A stretch of 64,000 bases of DNA, from the IMG/VR virus record IMGVR_UViG_3300027759_000085, positions 1,452 to 65,451 of that record, one strand, 5' to 3'. Positions 26,937-37,717 of the stretch are shown piece by piece; the stretch's first letter is position 1; every line of letters starts with the position of its first letter. Made by a program: the position numbers and the translations under genes. This DNA is from a virus (Duplodnaviria; Caudoviricetes). Under the pieces are notes generated by a model. It worked only from the letters and a program-made list of their open reading frames with translations. It did no database searches and was not told where the DNA came from.

Positions 26937-29900
26937 TGATAGAAAGTAAAGTATTCGCAGGTGGAGGTCTTAATCAAGATGTTGATAATAACTTTTTAAA
27001 ACCTAATGATTGGAAGGATGCTTTAAATATTAGGGTTACTGATAGACTTAACAATACAGATAATATTATTTCTAATATAAAAGGAAATACATCTGTAAGT
27101 TATGCTCTCCCTGCAGGAACTAATAAATGTATTGGTGAGTACGCTAATGAAAAGGCTGGAAAATTTTATTCATTTATATGGAACAGTAATAATGATCACT
27201 CTATAACCGAATACGATCCTACATTAAATACGATAACAAAAGTCCTGCAGGCTAGTTATCTTAATTTTCAGGAGTACCAATTAATTAATGGAATAGGAAT
27301 AGTTGATGATAATCTATTGTACTGGACCGATGGGTTTAATCCTCCTCGTGGTATAATGATAGATAGGGCCAAGGAAACTAGTCCTCCATATTATACTAAT
27401 TCAGTAAGTATATCGTTAGCTAAACCACCACCATCTGTATTAGTTACTCCATCTTATGCAAATGATCCAAATTACCCAGCTACACCTGTAGCAGTAAACA
27501 GATTAAAGGGTCAACTATTTCAATTTAGATATATATATATTTATGAGGATGGATCTAGAAGTGCATGGAGTTCATGTAGTACGGTTCCATATCCAACACT
27601 AGAGGTTAATAGTACCGTATCTAGTGAGGCATTTAGAAATAATAATATAGTTTTAAATTTTGATGTAGGTACAAAATATGTTAAATCAATAGAAGTAGCT
27701 GCACTAGTTAAAGGTATTGCATCAACTGGTACTACCCAAGATTGGTTTGTGATTTTAGCTAAAAGTAGAGCTGCTTTAATTGCTGATACAGGATCATATA
27801 ATTCATTAACAAATGCTTATGAGTATAGATTCTTTAATGATGGTTTATATCAATCTGCTGATGTTGTAGAAACTGATTTACCTTATGATTATGTACCATT
27901 AACATCTAAGTGTTTAGATATAATAAATGGAAATGTTCTTATATTAGCAAATAATAAAGAAGGATATGATAACATAACTACAGATGTAACTTTAGGTGTA
28001 ACATATGTTGCTCCTGATATTGGGGCAAGAATGACTGTTTATCATCCATTAGTAACAACTAATTATTTTTTTTCTGGTGTTCCCGTAACTGGAGATGTAA
28101 TTAATTATGATCTTGATTATTGGGAAGGAGGAGCAGGTCCACCAGATCCACCAACTGGTAATATAACTGGTACATATACTGTTACTGGATTGCAATCTGG
28201 AAATTTAAATTTAACTGTAAATGGTTTAAGTAGTCAAATTGCATTTGATACTGGCATGGATGTAATAGGTACAGTAACTGTACAGCCAAATGGTTCAATT
28301 TTATTAAGTTTTGCTTCATCTCCTGAAGAAGTTGTTTTTGGTGATGAATTCTCTATGACAGTAACATTGGCAGCCTCATCATTAACAGCATCTTTGTCAA
28401 CCTATAAAACAAATTCAAGATACCAATTTGGATTAGTTTATTATGATGATTTTAATAGAAGTACATATGTACAAACTTCTGATAATTTTATAGTTTCAAC
28501 AGATTCATTTGGCGAGGTAGAAGGAGATAATCCAGTAATATCTTGGCAAATAGATCATGCAGCTCCATCATGGGCAACTACATATCAATGGGTTAGAACA
28601 GAGCAACTTACACATAGTAAATTTTTATTTTGGTTGGCTACAGCAATAGCTGCTCCAGCAGGTAAAAATTATTATGAACTTAATATTAGTTCGTTAATTA
28701 CATATAGTGCAACAAACCCTGACAGTATATTAAACTATGAATATACTCCTGGTGATAGATGTACTATACATAAGATTGGAGCTACATGGCAATCTTCATT
28801 TGATGTAGCCATTGTTGGTGAAGAAGTTACCTCTTCGGTACATAAGATTTGGATAGAAAAAGGTATTTCGCTCACACCAGGTACAACAGACGTTCTTATT
28901 GAAATATATACTCCTAAGACAAGGTCTAATCAACCTACCGAACAATTCTTTTATGAATTTGGTGAAGTATATAGCTGTACTTCTGGAACACACACAGTAC
29001 TTACTGGAGATTTTACACTAGGCGATGTATTTTATAGAGGAAGATTATTTTCTGCTGGAGTTACAACGAATGTAGAAGATCCAAACTTTAGTGATTTTTA
29101 TATTAGTAGCTTTAGCTCCAATGGTAGGGCTAATATATTCTCACCACAAGCCAAACAGCTCACTCTGCCGACAGATGTAAGGTTCAGTGATACCTATGTA
29201 CCAAATACAAATATAAATGGCTTGAGCAGGTTCTATGGAGACGCATTTGAGACATACGACAGGGTAAACGGATCTATACAGAAAACAACTGTAAGGGATA
29301 ACTACTTAATATTATTCCAAGAGTTAAAGATAGGTTATGTTCCAATAATGCAAAGCATACTTGAGGACCAAGGTTCTGGTAATGCAGCTAACGTAGCAAT
29401 CTCAAATAAACTATTAAACAAGGTTAGATACTTTGCTGGAGACTTTGGTATTGGTTTAGTTCCAGAATCTATGGCCAGGTTTGCTGGTGTTATATACTTT
29501 GTAGATTCTAACAGAGGTCAGGTAGTTAAGTTATCTGATGGTTTACAACCTATAAGTACTGCTGGTATGGATAGTTATTTCACAAGTAAATTAACATCTA
29601 TCAAAAGCTCACCTAATGTAAAAGTTATAGGATCATATGATCCATATAACGATGAGTATATAGTAAGCTTTAAGATAGCTACTGCATCAAACGCTGGAGA
29701 TGCTACTTTAGCATTTAGTGAAATGATAAACAGGTGGACATCATTCTATTCATTCATACCTGATTCTGGTGGTTATATATTTAATCAATACATAACACAT
29801 AAAGCTGGGGTATTATACACACATAACAACAATAGTTCTTATGGTACGTTTTATGGTACCAACACTGAATCTTATGTTGATATTGTATTTAACAATTCAC

Positions 29901-30199
29901 CAACTCTAATTAAAACATTCTTAGGGTTCATAGAGCAATCAAATACAAAATGGACTCCAACTGTTATCTCAACAAGCAATGCTCAAGCATCTTCATTAAA
30001 TGATACTGATTTATTTGAAAAGGAAGATGTATTCTTTGCTAGTTTCTTAAGGGACTCAAACTCACCTAATGGATTAATAAATGGAGATGATCTAAAGGGT
30101 AACTGGATTAGGTTAAAGCTTACTGAAAGCAATGTAACTAAGTCTACATTATTCTCTGTAGATTTAAGATCTATACCATCTTATCAAGGTATAAAATAA
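26936..30199 (+). CDS. tail stabilisation (muzzle/nozzle) protein
   Basis: GGLNQD..DALN start; YWTDG, YQFGLVYYD, WTSFYSF, KEDVFF. Confidence 0.8.
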   Translation: MIESKVFAGGGLNQDVDNNFLKPNDWKDALNIRVTDRLNNTDNIISNIKGNTSVSYALPAGTNKCIGEYANEKAGKFYSFIWNSNNDHSITEYDPTLNTITKVLQASYLNFQEYQLINGIGIVDDNLLYWTDGFNPPRGIMIDRAKETSPPYYTNSVSISLAKPPPSVLVTPSYANDPNYPATPVAVNRLKGQLFQFRYIYIYEDGSRSAWSSCSTVPYPTLEVNSTVSSEAFRNNNIVLNFDVGTKYVKSIEVAALVKGIASTGTTQDWFVILAKSRAALIADTGSYNSLTNAYEYRFFNDGLYQSADVVETDLPYDYVPLTSKCLDIINGNVLILANNKEGYDNITTDVTLGVTYVAPDIGARMTVYHPLVTTNYFFSGVPVTGDVINYDLDYWEGGAGPPDPPTGNITGTYTVTGLQSGNLNLTVNGLSSQIAFDTGMDVIGTVTVQPNGSILLSFASSPEEVVFGDEFSMTVTLAASSLTASLSTYKTNSRYQFGLVYYDDFNRSTYVQTSDNFIVSTDSFGEVEGDNPVISWQIDHAAPSWATTYQWVRTEQLTHSKFLFWLATAIAAPAGKNYYELNISSLITYSATNPDSILNYEYTPGDRCTIHKIGATWQSSFDVAIVGEEVTSSVHKIWIEKGISLTPGTTDVLIEIYTPKTRSNQPTEQFFYEFGEVYSCTSGTHTVLTGDFTLGDVFYRGRLFSAGVTTNVEDPNFSDFYISSFSSNGRANIFSPQAKQLTLPTDVRFSDTYVPNTNINGLSRFYGDAFETYDRVNGSIQKTTVRDNYLILFQELKIGYVPIMQSILEDQGSGNAANVAISNKLLNKVRYFAGDFGIGLVPESMARFAGVIYFVDSNRGQVVKLSDGLQPISTAGMDSYFTSKLTSIKSSPNVKVIGSYDPYNDEYIVSFKIATASNAGDATLAFSEMINRWTSFYSFIPDSGGYIFNQYITHKAGVLYTHNNNSSYGTFYGTNTESYVDIVFNNSPTLIKTFLGFIEQSNTKWTPTVISTSNAQASSLNDTDLFEKEDVFFASFLRDSNSPNGLINGDDLKGNWIRLKLTESNVTKSTLFSVDLRSIPSYQGIK

Positions 30200-30215
30200 A
30201 TTCATATTTTTTAGT

Positions 30216-30223
30216 TAAATTTG
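30216..30223 (+). promoter_or_regulatory. late promoter -7 box
   Basis: TAGT-TAAATTTG-TAA. Confidence 0.6.
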
Positions 30224-30246
30224 TAAATAAAATAAAAATCAATATT

Positions 30247-30870
30247 ATGGCAGGAGGATTTCCACTTGGCTCATTTGCTAAATCTTTAGGCTCGGTAGCA
30301 TCTGCTGGAGCTAGTGCTACTCCATTGGGTATGGGTATAGCAGCAGGAGCTGGACTATTAAAGGCAGGCTTAGGTTTTCTTCAGCAAGCCAAGGGTAAGA
30401 AAATGCTTAAGAATACTGTTGATCCAGGTTATGTTATACCTAAAGGTTACGAACAGAATTTAGGTCAGGCTGAACAAATGGCCAAGGGTGGTATACCATC
30501 TCAGGAGTATAACCTAGCTAGTACAAATATACAAAGAGGCACACAAGCAGGATTGCGTCAACTTAGTAGAATGTCTAATCCTTTTGCAGCTATATCTGGA
30601 TTGGCAAGAAGTCAATCTGATTCATTTTCTAAACTAGACGCATCTAATGCATCAGCCAAGAGACAAAATATCTTACAGGCTATGGGTGCAAGACGTGAGA
30701 TGGCAGGACAGCAGTTAGCTCAACAGCAATACTCTCAAAATAGATACTTTGATAAAGTAAATGAGGCTAATGCTAGAATTGGTGCAGGCACTCAGAATAT
30801 GTTTGGTGGATTAGGTGACATAGGAACTGCTGGGATATATGGGTCAATGGGTGGTAAAAAGAATGCTTAA
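30247..30870 (+). CDS. putative ejection/pilot protein
   Basis: Gly/Ala hydrophobic N-terminus, Q/A-rich helix, follows muzzle. Confidence 0.6.
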   Translation: MAGGFPLGSFAKSLGSVASAGASATPLGMGIAAGAGLLKAGLGFLQQAKGKKMLKNTVDPGYVIPKGYEQNLGQAEQMAKGGIPSQEYNLASTNIQRGTQAGLRQLSRMSNPFAAISGLARSQSDSFSKLDASNASAKRQNILQAMGARREMAGQQLAQQQYSQNRYFDKVNEANARIGAGTQNMFGGLGDIGTAGIYGSMGGKKNA

Positions 30871-30911
30871 TATCTATTGCTAATATAAACAATAATTTGT
30901 AAATTTAAATA

Positions 30912-32270
30912 ATGGCAATTAAAACAGGAATAGGTGTAGGTGCAGCTCAAGTATTTGATACTAGCGGTATTATGAATGCTTATGGTAGACAGATAGCTCA
31001 ACAACAGAGAGCAGAAGCAGCTCAAGCACAGAGAGAATATCTTAGTGCAGAAAAAGAAAAAGAAAGAGCAGAAAGAGAAGCAGCTAGATTTGATGAAAAT
31101 ATAGCAGATATAATGGCTAGTGCTAAAACTTCTGGTGCTAGAGATGTTGACGTTCCAGATATTACTAAGTCATATAATGATATAAAAGACTTCTATTCAA
31201 AGTCTGGTTCATTAAAAGATTCCGATAAGCCATTGTTTAGAGCAGAGCTAAGAAATAGAATTAACTCACTTAATGAGTATGCTCAGCGTTCAGAAAAACT
31301 GTCTAAGGATGCATTGGCTATATCTTCAGAGATTGCTAGAAATGAGTGGGATTATGATCCTGCATCAGTAGCAGATATAAACGACATATTAAAAACTCCA
31401 TTAAGTAAACTTGGAGATAGAGCAAACTTAGATCCTCAGAGGTATAAAAGGCTACCTAACTTTGGATTGATAGATACTATTATAGACTCTACATACGAAA
31501 AAGGTAATGAGAACGCTAAGTTTGCTGGAGAGGTATTTGATAAGGGTAAAAGATTTAATGTAAAAAGAATTGAGCCAGCTTTTATTCAGAATAATTTAGT
31601 ACAGCGTTTCACAAGCTCACCAGAAGCATTAAAAGCTATTAGTAGTCTATATGTAAGAGAACTTGGTAAACAACCAACAAACGAAGAACTTATCAATTAT
31701 ATAATGGATAAGTATAAGACCAAGCACAAGTTTGATTATATTGGTGAAGCAAGGGACCTTAAGGAACCAAAGAGTGGAACTGACGAACAAGATAAATACA
31801 CTTATAGACAACAGATAATTACTGGAGCACTTGAAAATGATCCAGGTTCTATAAATAAAATAAAGGCTGCATTGCCTCCAGGAAGTAAAATTATTCCATA
31901 TAAGTCACTTAGCACAGGCAAATCAAAAGGTGGTTATAATTCATTAAAAATAACTATACCAGGAGGTGAGGTGGACTCTAAAGGTAATCCTATATTACCA
32001 TTAGAACAAATAATTGAATCGTCTAGAGGAGAGGGTGTTATTAAACTAAACAGAATATTAAATACCTATACTGGAGAAAACATATCTGATAGTAAATTAG
32101 GTATTAAAGGTGGAAAGCCTGCTGGTCAGCAAATAGAAGTTAATATACCTAAACCAAATGCGTCTACTCCTAGTATACCTACTGCTACAAGAGCTGAATG
32201 GAAATCGGCTGGATGGAGTGATTCAGAGATTAATGAAGGAATTAAACAAAAAGTTATAAAAGTTAAATAA
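30912..32270 (+). CDS. putative internal virion (ejected) protein
   Basis: Coiled-coil N-terminus; position. Confidence 0.55.
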   Translation: MAIKTGIGVGAAQVFDTSGIMNAYGRQIAQQQRAEAAQAQREYLSAEKEKERAEREAARFDENIADIMASAKTSGARDVDVPDITKSYNDIKDFYSKSGSLKDSDKPLFRAELRNRINSLNEYAQRSEKLSKDALAISSEIARNEWDYDPASVADINDILKTPLSKLGDRANLDPQRYKRLPNFGLIDTIIDSTYEKGNENAKFAGEVFDKGKRFNVKRIEPAFIQNNLVQRFTSSPEALKAISSLYVRELGKQPTNEELINYIMDKYKTKHKFDYIGEARDLKEPKSGTDEQDKYTYRQQIITGALENDPGSINKIKAALPPGSKIIPYKSLSTGKSKGGYNSLKITIPGGEVDSKGNPILPLEQIIESSRGEGVIKLNRILNTYTGENISDSKLGIKGGKPAGQQIEVNIPKPNASTPSIPTATRAEWKSAGWSDSEINEGIKQKVIKVK

Positions 32271-35200
32271 TGGCTGATTTACCAAAACCAAGTGATTTAT
32301 TGAAAAAAGGATTGCCTAAACCACAAGACTTATTGGAAAAAAAAAATCCTATTCAGAACGGTTCTGGTATTGGTACGCAGACTTCATTCTCTGGCTCAAA
32401 GCCTTTCCAAACCCAAGTAGATACTAAAATACCCTCTGTATTAACAGAGCAAGGTAAGGTAGGTTATGAGCAAGAAATTCAGAAAAAAGCTCAACAAAAA
32501 CAAAAACTTTCAGAACAATTAAAGAGTGCAAAAGATGTTTATTATCAAGCTCAAGGAGATGCATCGTCATTTTCTTTGTATGATGGATATCAGTCTTCTA
32601 TAAAAAATATAGATGATGAGATTTCTAAAAACTATCCAGATGAAGCTACCGTTTCACGAACAGTTTCTGGTCAAGAAAGTTTTCAAAAATATAAAGCCAA
32701 AAGAGATCAACTTATTTCTGATAGAGAAATATTGAGTCAAGAGTCAAAAAATGCATTAAGATATATAAATCCAAAAATTGAATCTGATATAAATTTAGAT
32801 TTTGAAAAAAATGGGTTAGATAAATTCACAAGAGATGTAGATGGTTTTAAAGTTGCCGATGAATATAAAATAGATGATTATGCTAAACAATACGCAGAAA
32901 AATCTGGTTTATCTGATGATGGTACATTTAAAAAACTTGTTTATGATAAATTAAAATCATCTGTTTCATTTAAAATAAGTGAACCTGAAATTAAAAAAGA
33001 GTTTGACAAATTATACAAAAGTAAAACTGGAGTAACTCCAGATGAAGCTATTGAAAAAGATTTTTTAAATAATTTTATTGAAGGTAAAAAAATACAATCT
33101 AATTTAATTCTTCAAGTTGAATCATTAAACAAAGAAATAAAAACAAAGATTAATGATTCAGCCAAGTCCTTATCGATTGAGTATAAGCCAATACTTGAAT
33201 CTATTAATACTAATTATAAAGTTGAAACAGATGAAATAAAATCTAAAATTGAACAACTTAATCAATCTTATAAATCAGGCCTTATTTCAAGACAAGATTA
33301 TGAATTAGCATTTACTAACACTAAAGCTCAGTTTGATTTAGCAGATGAACAATATAGACAACTATTTGACGCTGAATCAAAAAAGTATCTTAATAATCAG
33401 AATGAGCTATTTTCTAAATACAACAAAAGATTTAATAGACAAGTTTCTGAATTTAAAAGCATGGCAGATCAACAACTGTCTGATGCATCAAGTAAATACG
33501 GTAAGTCGTATAAAATGTCACCAGAGGTAAAGAACCAATATGAATCTCTTTGGGGTCAAGCTACTAAAAACTATCTATCAAAAGAAGAGGCTGTTAAATA
33601 TGAATTAGACAGGTCTTCTTTAATGGGTAATATCGGTGGACAATTTGCTAAAAATCTGTTTATGGGTATTGGTGGTGGTATTAAAAGTATATCGTCAATG
33701 TATGATTTTGATGCTGGATATGTTTTGGGAGATTATTTGGAAAACTCATTTACTTCATCAAGCCCAGAAATAAAATCTGGATGGGATTTACTTGATCCTA
33801 TTAAACTACAAACATCTACGGGTAAAATGATTGGTGGTATGGCTCCAATATTAGGAGCTTCAGCTTTAACAGCTGCTGCAACAAAAAGTGCACCTACTGC
33901 TTTGAGATTATTAACTACTGGTCTTGGTAACTATCTTATAGAGACTGCTCAGATTGGTGGTGGAGTTAAGGATCAAGTTTTTCAAAATACTGGAAACATT
34001 GCAGATGCCAATAAAGCTGCTAAAAAAGTTATGGATGCAAACTTGTATTTGCTACCACTATACGCTTTAGATGGGTTACCATTTCTTGGTAATGTTACAT
34101 TGGGTATTGGTAATACTTTTGCTAGGGCTGGAGCTAAGGCTGCTCTAGAAGTAGTTACTGAACTCCCACAAGAATATTTTCAAGGAATATTTGAAGATTT
34201 AGCAGTTGCTGATAAACCTATATCGGACACATTTAAAACTATGACTCTTGATAAATTCGAGAACACAGCATTAAATGTTATACCCACATCAGTTTTATTG
34301 GGTGGTGGTGGGACAGCTATTCAGGGCGTTAGAGAAAATATTTCTAAAATGCAAGGTCGTTCACTTGCTGCAAAAGTTGATTTATCTAACCTTACAGAAA
34401 CCACTAAAAAACAATTTATTTATGATACGGTTTTAAGAAGGGGAGATGTTTTCTCTAAGGCATATGTTTCTTCTTTGTTTAACTCTGGCAATATAAATGA
34501 ACAAGAGATGGAGTCGTTTAGTAAAATGATTGACGACTCGGCTAATATAATGACAGAATCTAAAAAAATTGGATTAAATAAAGCTCAATCAAAAGTTTAT
34601 GCTGCATTAAGATTTGATTATTTACAATCTAAAAATGAATTTGATTCAGAGCAGGATGAAGTATCAAAGAAAGTATATAAAGCCAAAATGGATTCAGCAG
34701 AAAAGTCTCTAAATACTTATCTTTCTGGTGGCAAACCAGATGCGGTTCTTTTGACACTACCAAATAATGAGCAATACATATATAGTTTTGAAACACTAAA
34801 TTCAATTATTAATGAGGGTGGTGAAATATTAAATCAAATTATAAGTGGAGAAGTTTCTATAGGTTTACTTTCTGATAAATCAAACCCGAAAGCAAAAGAA
34901 TTATCCGATAAATTAACTAAATTAAAACAAGATGCCGTTCAAGTCAAAACAGCAGGTCAAGTTCCTGTACAGCCAGAAGCCACAATTGGCGAAGAAGTGG
35001 AGCAAGGAAAACCCAAATCAGAAGCTGAAGTCGTTACCGAAGAAGGTGTCAAGGCAGAAGAAGTAGGTAGTAATGTAGGGGAAGATTTGAAAATAACAGG
35101 AGATGTAGGTATTGATAAATCAAACATTCCTCTTGATAAAACAAGTCAGCCAGTTAATTTAGGGTCAATATTAGCAACAAATGGTGATAAATTAGATATA

Positions 35201-37714
35201 TCCGCAGAAGAAATAAATTTAAGTTATCCTGGTAAAAAGAAATACGTTAGGAAAATAACAGCGACCAAAGGAGATGAAAAGGCAATAATATCATTTTGGG
35301 AGAATAATAATAAATTAATAATACTTCACGTAGAAAGCACTAAAAAAGGTGCTGGATACGGAACAGATTTAATTAATAAAGTTATTAAAGAGGCAAAAGA
35401 CGCTGGAATAGAAGAGATAGTAGCAGATAACGTAGAAAGTCTTTCATCAGAAAAATATTGGGAGAAGCAAGGATTTATTCAAGACCCTAATTCCCGTAGT
35501 AATAGAATTTTACCGTTATCTACTGCTCAAGAACAAACCCCTGGAAAACAAGTAGAACAACTAAGAGCAGAAGAACAAGCTGAACTAAAAGCCGCAATAC
35601 CTAACGCAGAACAATACCTAACAGATGGTAAGGTTGATAAGGCTAAACTAACTGATACTAAAGATAAAAAAGCCTTTAAGAAAATCTACGATAAGTACGA
35701 TAAGCTCATTACTCCTTTGTTGCCTAAGAAAGAAGCTAAAGTAGAAGAGGCAGCAACCTATAGTGGAGTAAATAAATTATTTAAATCTAATTTTGAACTT
35801 TCTAATATAGGAACACCTGAACAATACTCTAAATATTTAGGCACTATATTCCCCGAAAGTAAAGTAAAAGGCATTGTTTATCATGGAAGTAAGACTAAAA
35901 AACCTACTCAGATTTTTGTAGAAACTTTTATTGGTAAAAACAATAAAATACTTGGTGCAGGAAATGGATTCTATTTCACTTCTGATATTAATTATAGCAA
36001 GGTTTATGGAGAAACTACTTTAAGTATAATTGATATTAAAAATCCAATTGATTTTAATTCAGATAATTATGATTCATTAGAAGACTTAAAAAAAGCTGCT
36101 AGAGAATTATCTAATAAAGGAGATGGAGTAATTGATTCAAGAGAAAATAACTATTATCCACAAGGCGAAGAAAAACTTAAATTATCATCAAGTCCTGATT
36201 ATATTGTTTTTAAACCAAGTCAAATACATATATTAGGAAGTAACCAAGATATAGAAGGGTTTAAAAATTTTGTTAGTAAAAAAGAAGCCAAAGCTGATGC
36301 TGTTATAACACCAGACAATTCTTCTAATTATGCAAATATGACAGAGGATGATAAAGGCAACTTTGTTTTTTTCCATGTGGGTAAAAAAGGATATAAAAAA
36401 ATAAAAAAATCATCTGGTGCAACTACGGCTACATCTAAAGAAGAAGCTTCTGCATTATCTAAGGTTGGTGGAGTTGCTATGTATTATACATCTCCTTCTG
36501 ACTCTGAAACAATGGTTACTGGAGAGGGTAAGTATGCAGTTGCTGTACCAAAAGAAAAAGTATATGACTTTAATACAGATAAATTAAATTTTATTGAAGA
36601 AGCTAAGGCTAGACATGAATCTGAAAATCCAGGAAAGGCATTTGATTTAAATTCTCAGCTCGCCTATGTAACTAAGATAGCAGGTGAGAATGGTTTTGAC
36701 ATGGTTGTTGCTCAATGGGATGGAAAAACAAGAGCTCAAACAACAAAAGAATTTATACCATCAGATATTCAAGAATCAGAAGGTAATGTTGTTAAGAAGA
36801 AATTCACCGAGGATTACGAATCTAATAAGAAAAAAGGATTTGAACCAGTAATACCAGTTTCAAAATCTAAAAAACTAGCTGATCTTTATAATAAGATTAA
36901 TGAGATAAGGAATAAAGAAAAAAAGTATGATGATCTATATAGTTTATACGCAGATAGCAGTAAATTACAACAAGAAGACATAACAAAACTTATAGAAGAA
37001 TCTAATCTTCCACAAGAGATCAAGGATGAGTATAAAGATATTATTGAGTCTAAAGAGGAATCTAGGAGATCAAAAAATATAGCAGGTAAAAAGGTAAAGG
37101 TTAAAAATGCTCCAGAAGGCAATCATTTAAATATAGGCCTAAATGAAGGTAGAACAAAGAAAAAAATGTCAATTGATGACGTTTTATCTAAATTACCTAA
37201 AGATGTAAAAGTTATTTCTTATTCAGAAATTGATGTAGCTAGCGGTGAGCCAACTCTTGTTATAGAAACAGATAGACCACTTACTGCATTAGAAATAATC
37301 AAGTTGCTTGATGATACTAAACAACAGGCTATACCTCAATTATCTAACGGAGAAGGTGTTTTATATGACACTGAAAGAGGTACTGAAAATGGTTGGGGTG
37401 AATTTGATCCAAATCTTTTTATTTTACAAGATGGTAAAAGTTTAAGCCAATACACAAAAACTAAAGTTCCTAAACTAAACGAATCAAATGTAGAAAATGC
37501 GATTGAGTTACTAGATGATATTAGGGATAACAAAAGAAAAGCTGAACGTGCAAGTAGTAGAAAAAAAGCTGATCTTGAACAGAAAATAACAGAAGCTGAA
37601 ACTGAATTAGATAAAATACCAGATGAAACTAAAATAGTTAGGGTTATTAATGATAACTTTGATAAGATTAAAAAAGACTTAAAAGAACAAGGACTACTAA
37701 ACGTAAAATGTTAA
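32270..37714 (+). CDS. large polyvalent virion protein with TM region, GNAT, ART-PolyVal, second ART-like and SAM-lyase-like domains
   Basis: KKGAGYGT..YWEKQGF; VYHGS..GFYFT..KNP..DGVI..YIVFKPSQI; NIGL..EPTLV..QQAI..WGEFDP. Confidence 0.7.
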   Translation: MADLPKPSDLLKKGLPKPQDLLEKKNPIQNGSGIGTQTSFSGSKPFQTQVDTKIPSVLTEQGKVGYEQEIQKKAQQKQKLSEQLKSAKDVYYQAQGDASSFSLYDGYQSSIKNIDDEISKNYPDEATVSRTVSGQESFQKYKAKRDQLISDREILSQESKNALRYINPKIESDINLDFEKNGLDKFTRDVDGFKVADEYKIDDYAKQYAEKSGLSDDGTFKKLVYDKLKSSVSFKISEPEIKKEFDKLYKSKTGVTPDEAIEKDFLNNFIEGKKIQSNLILQVESLNKEIKTKINDSAKSLSIEYKPILESINTNYKVETDEIKSKIEQLNQSYKSGLISRQDYELAFTNTKAQFDLADEQYRQLFDAESKKYLNNQNELFSKYNKRFNRQVSEFKSMADQQLSDASSKYGKSYKMSPEVKNQYESLWGQATKNYLSKEEAVKYELDRSSLMGNIGGQFAKNLFMGIGGGIKSISSMYDFDAGYVLGDYLENSFTSSSPEIKSGWDLLDPIKLQTSTGKMIGGMAPILGASALTAAATKSAPTALRLLTTGLGNYLIETAQIGGGVKDQVFQNTGNIADANKAAKKVMDANLYLLPLYALDGLPFLGNVTLGIGNTFARAGAKAALEVVTELPQEYFQGIFEDLAVADKPISDTFKTMTLDKFENTALNVIPTSVLLGGGGTAIQGVRENISKMQGRSLAAKVDLSNLTETTKKQFIYDTVLRRGDVFSKAYVSSLFNSGNINEQEMESFSKMIDDSANIMTESKKIGLNKAQSKVYAALRFDYLQSKNEFDSEQDEVSKKVYKAKMDSAEKSLNTYLSGGKPDAVLLTLPNNEQYIYSFETLNSIINEGGEILNQIISGEVSIGLLSDKSNPKAKELSDKLTKLKQDAVQVKTAGQVPVQPEATIGEEVEQGKPKSEAEVVTEEGVKAEEVGSNVGEDLKITGDVGIDKSNIPLDKTSQPVNLGSILATNGDKLDISAEEINLSYPGKKKYVRKITATKGDEKAIISFWENNNKLIILHVESTKKGAGYGTDLINKVIKEAKDAGIEEIVADNVESLSSEKYWEKQGFIQDPNSRSNRILPLSTAQEQTPGKQVEQLRAEEQAELKAAIPNAEQYLTDGKVDKAKLTDTKDKKAFKKIYDKYDKLITPLLPKKEAKVEEAATYSGVNKLFKSNFELSNIGTPEQYSKYLGTIFPESKVKGIVYHGSKTKKPTQIFVETFIGKNNKILGAGNGFYFTSDINYSKVYGETTLSIIDIKNPIDFNSDNYDSLEDLKKAARELSNKGDGVIDSRENNYYPQGEEKLKLSSSPDYIVFKPSQIHILGSNQDIEGFKNFVSKKEAKADAVITPDNSSNYANMTEDDKGNFVFFHVGKKGYKKIKKSSGATTATSKEEASALSKVGGVAMYYTSPSDSETMVTGEGKYAVAVPKEKVYDFNTDKLNFIEEAKARHESENPGKAFDLNSQLAYVTKIAGENGFDMVVAQWDGKTRAQTTKEFIPSDIQESEGNVVKKKFTEDYESNKKKGFEPVIPVSKSKKLADLYNKINEIRNKEKKYDDLYSLYADSSKLQQEDITKLIEESNLPQEIKDEYKDIIESKEESRRSKNIAGKKVKVKNAPEGNHLNIGLNEGRTKKKMSIDDVLSKLPKDVKVISYSEIDVASGEPTLVIETDRPLTALEIIKLLDDTKQQAIPQLSNGEGVLYDTERGTENGWGEFDPNLFILQDGKSLSQYTKTKVPKLNESNVENAIELLDDIRDNKRKAERASSRKKADLEQKITEAETELDKIPDETKIVRVINDNFDKIKKDLKEQGLLNVKC

Positions 37715-37717
37715 ACC

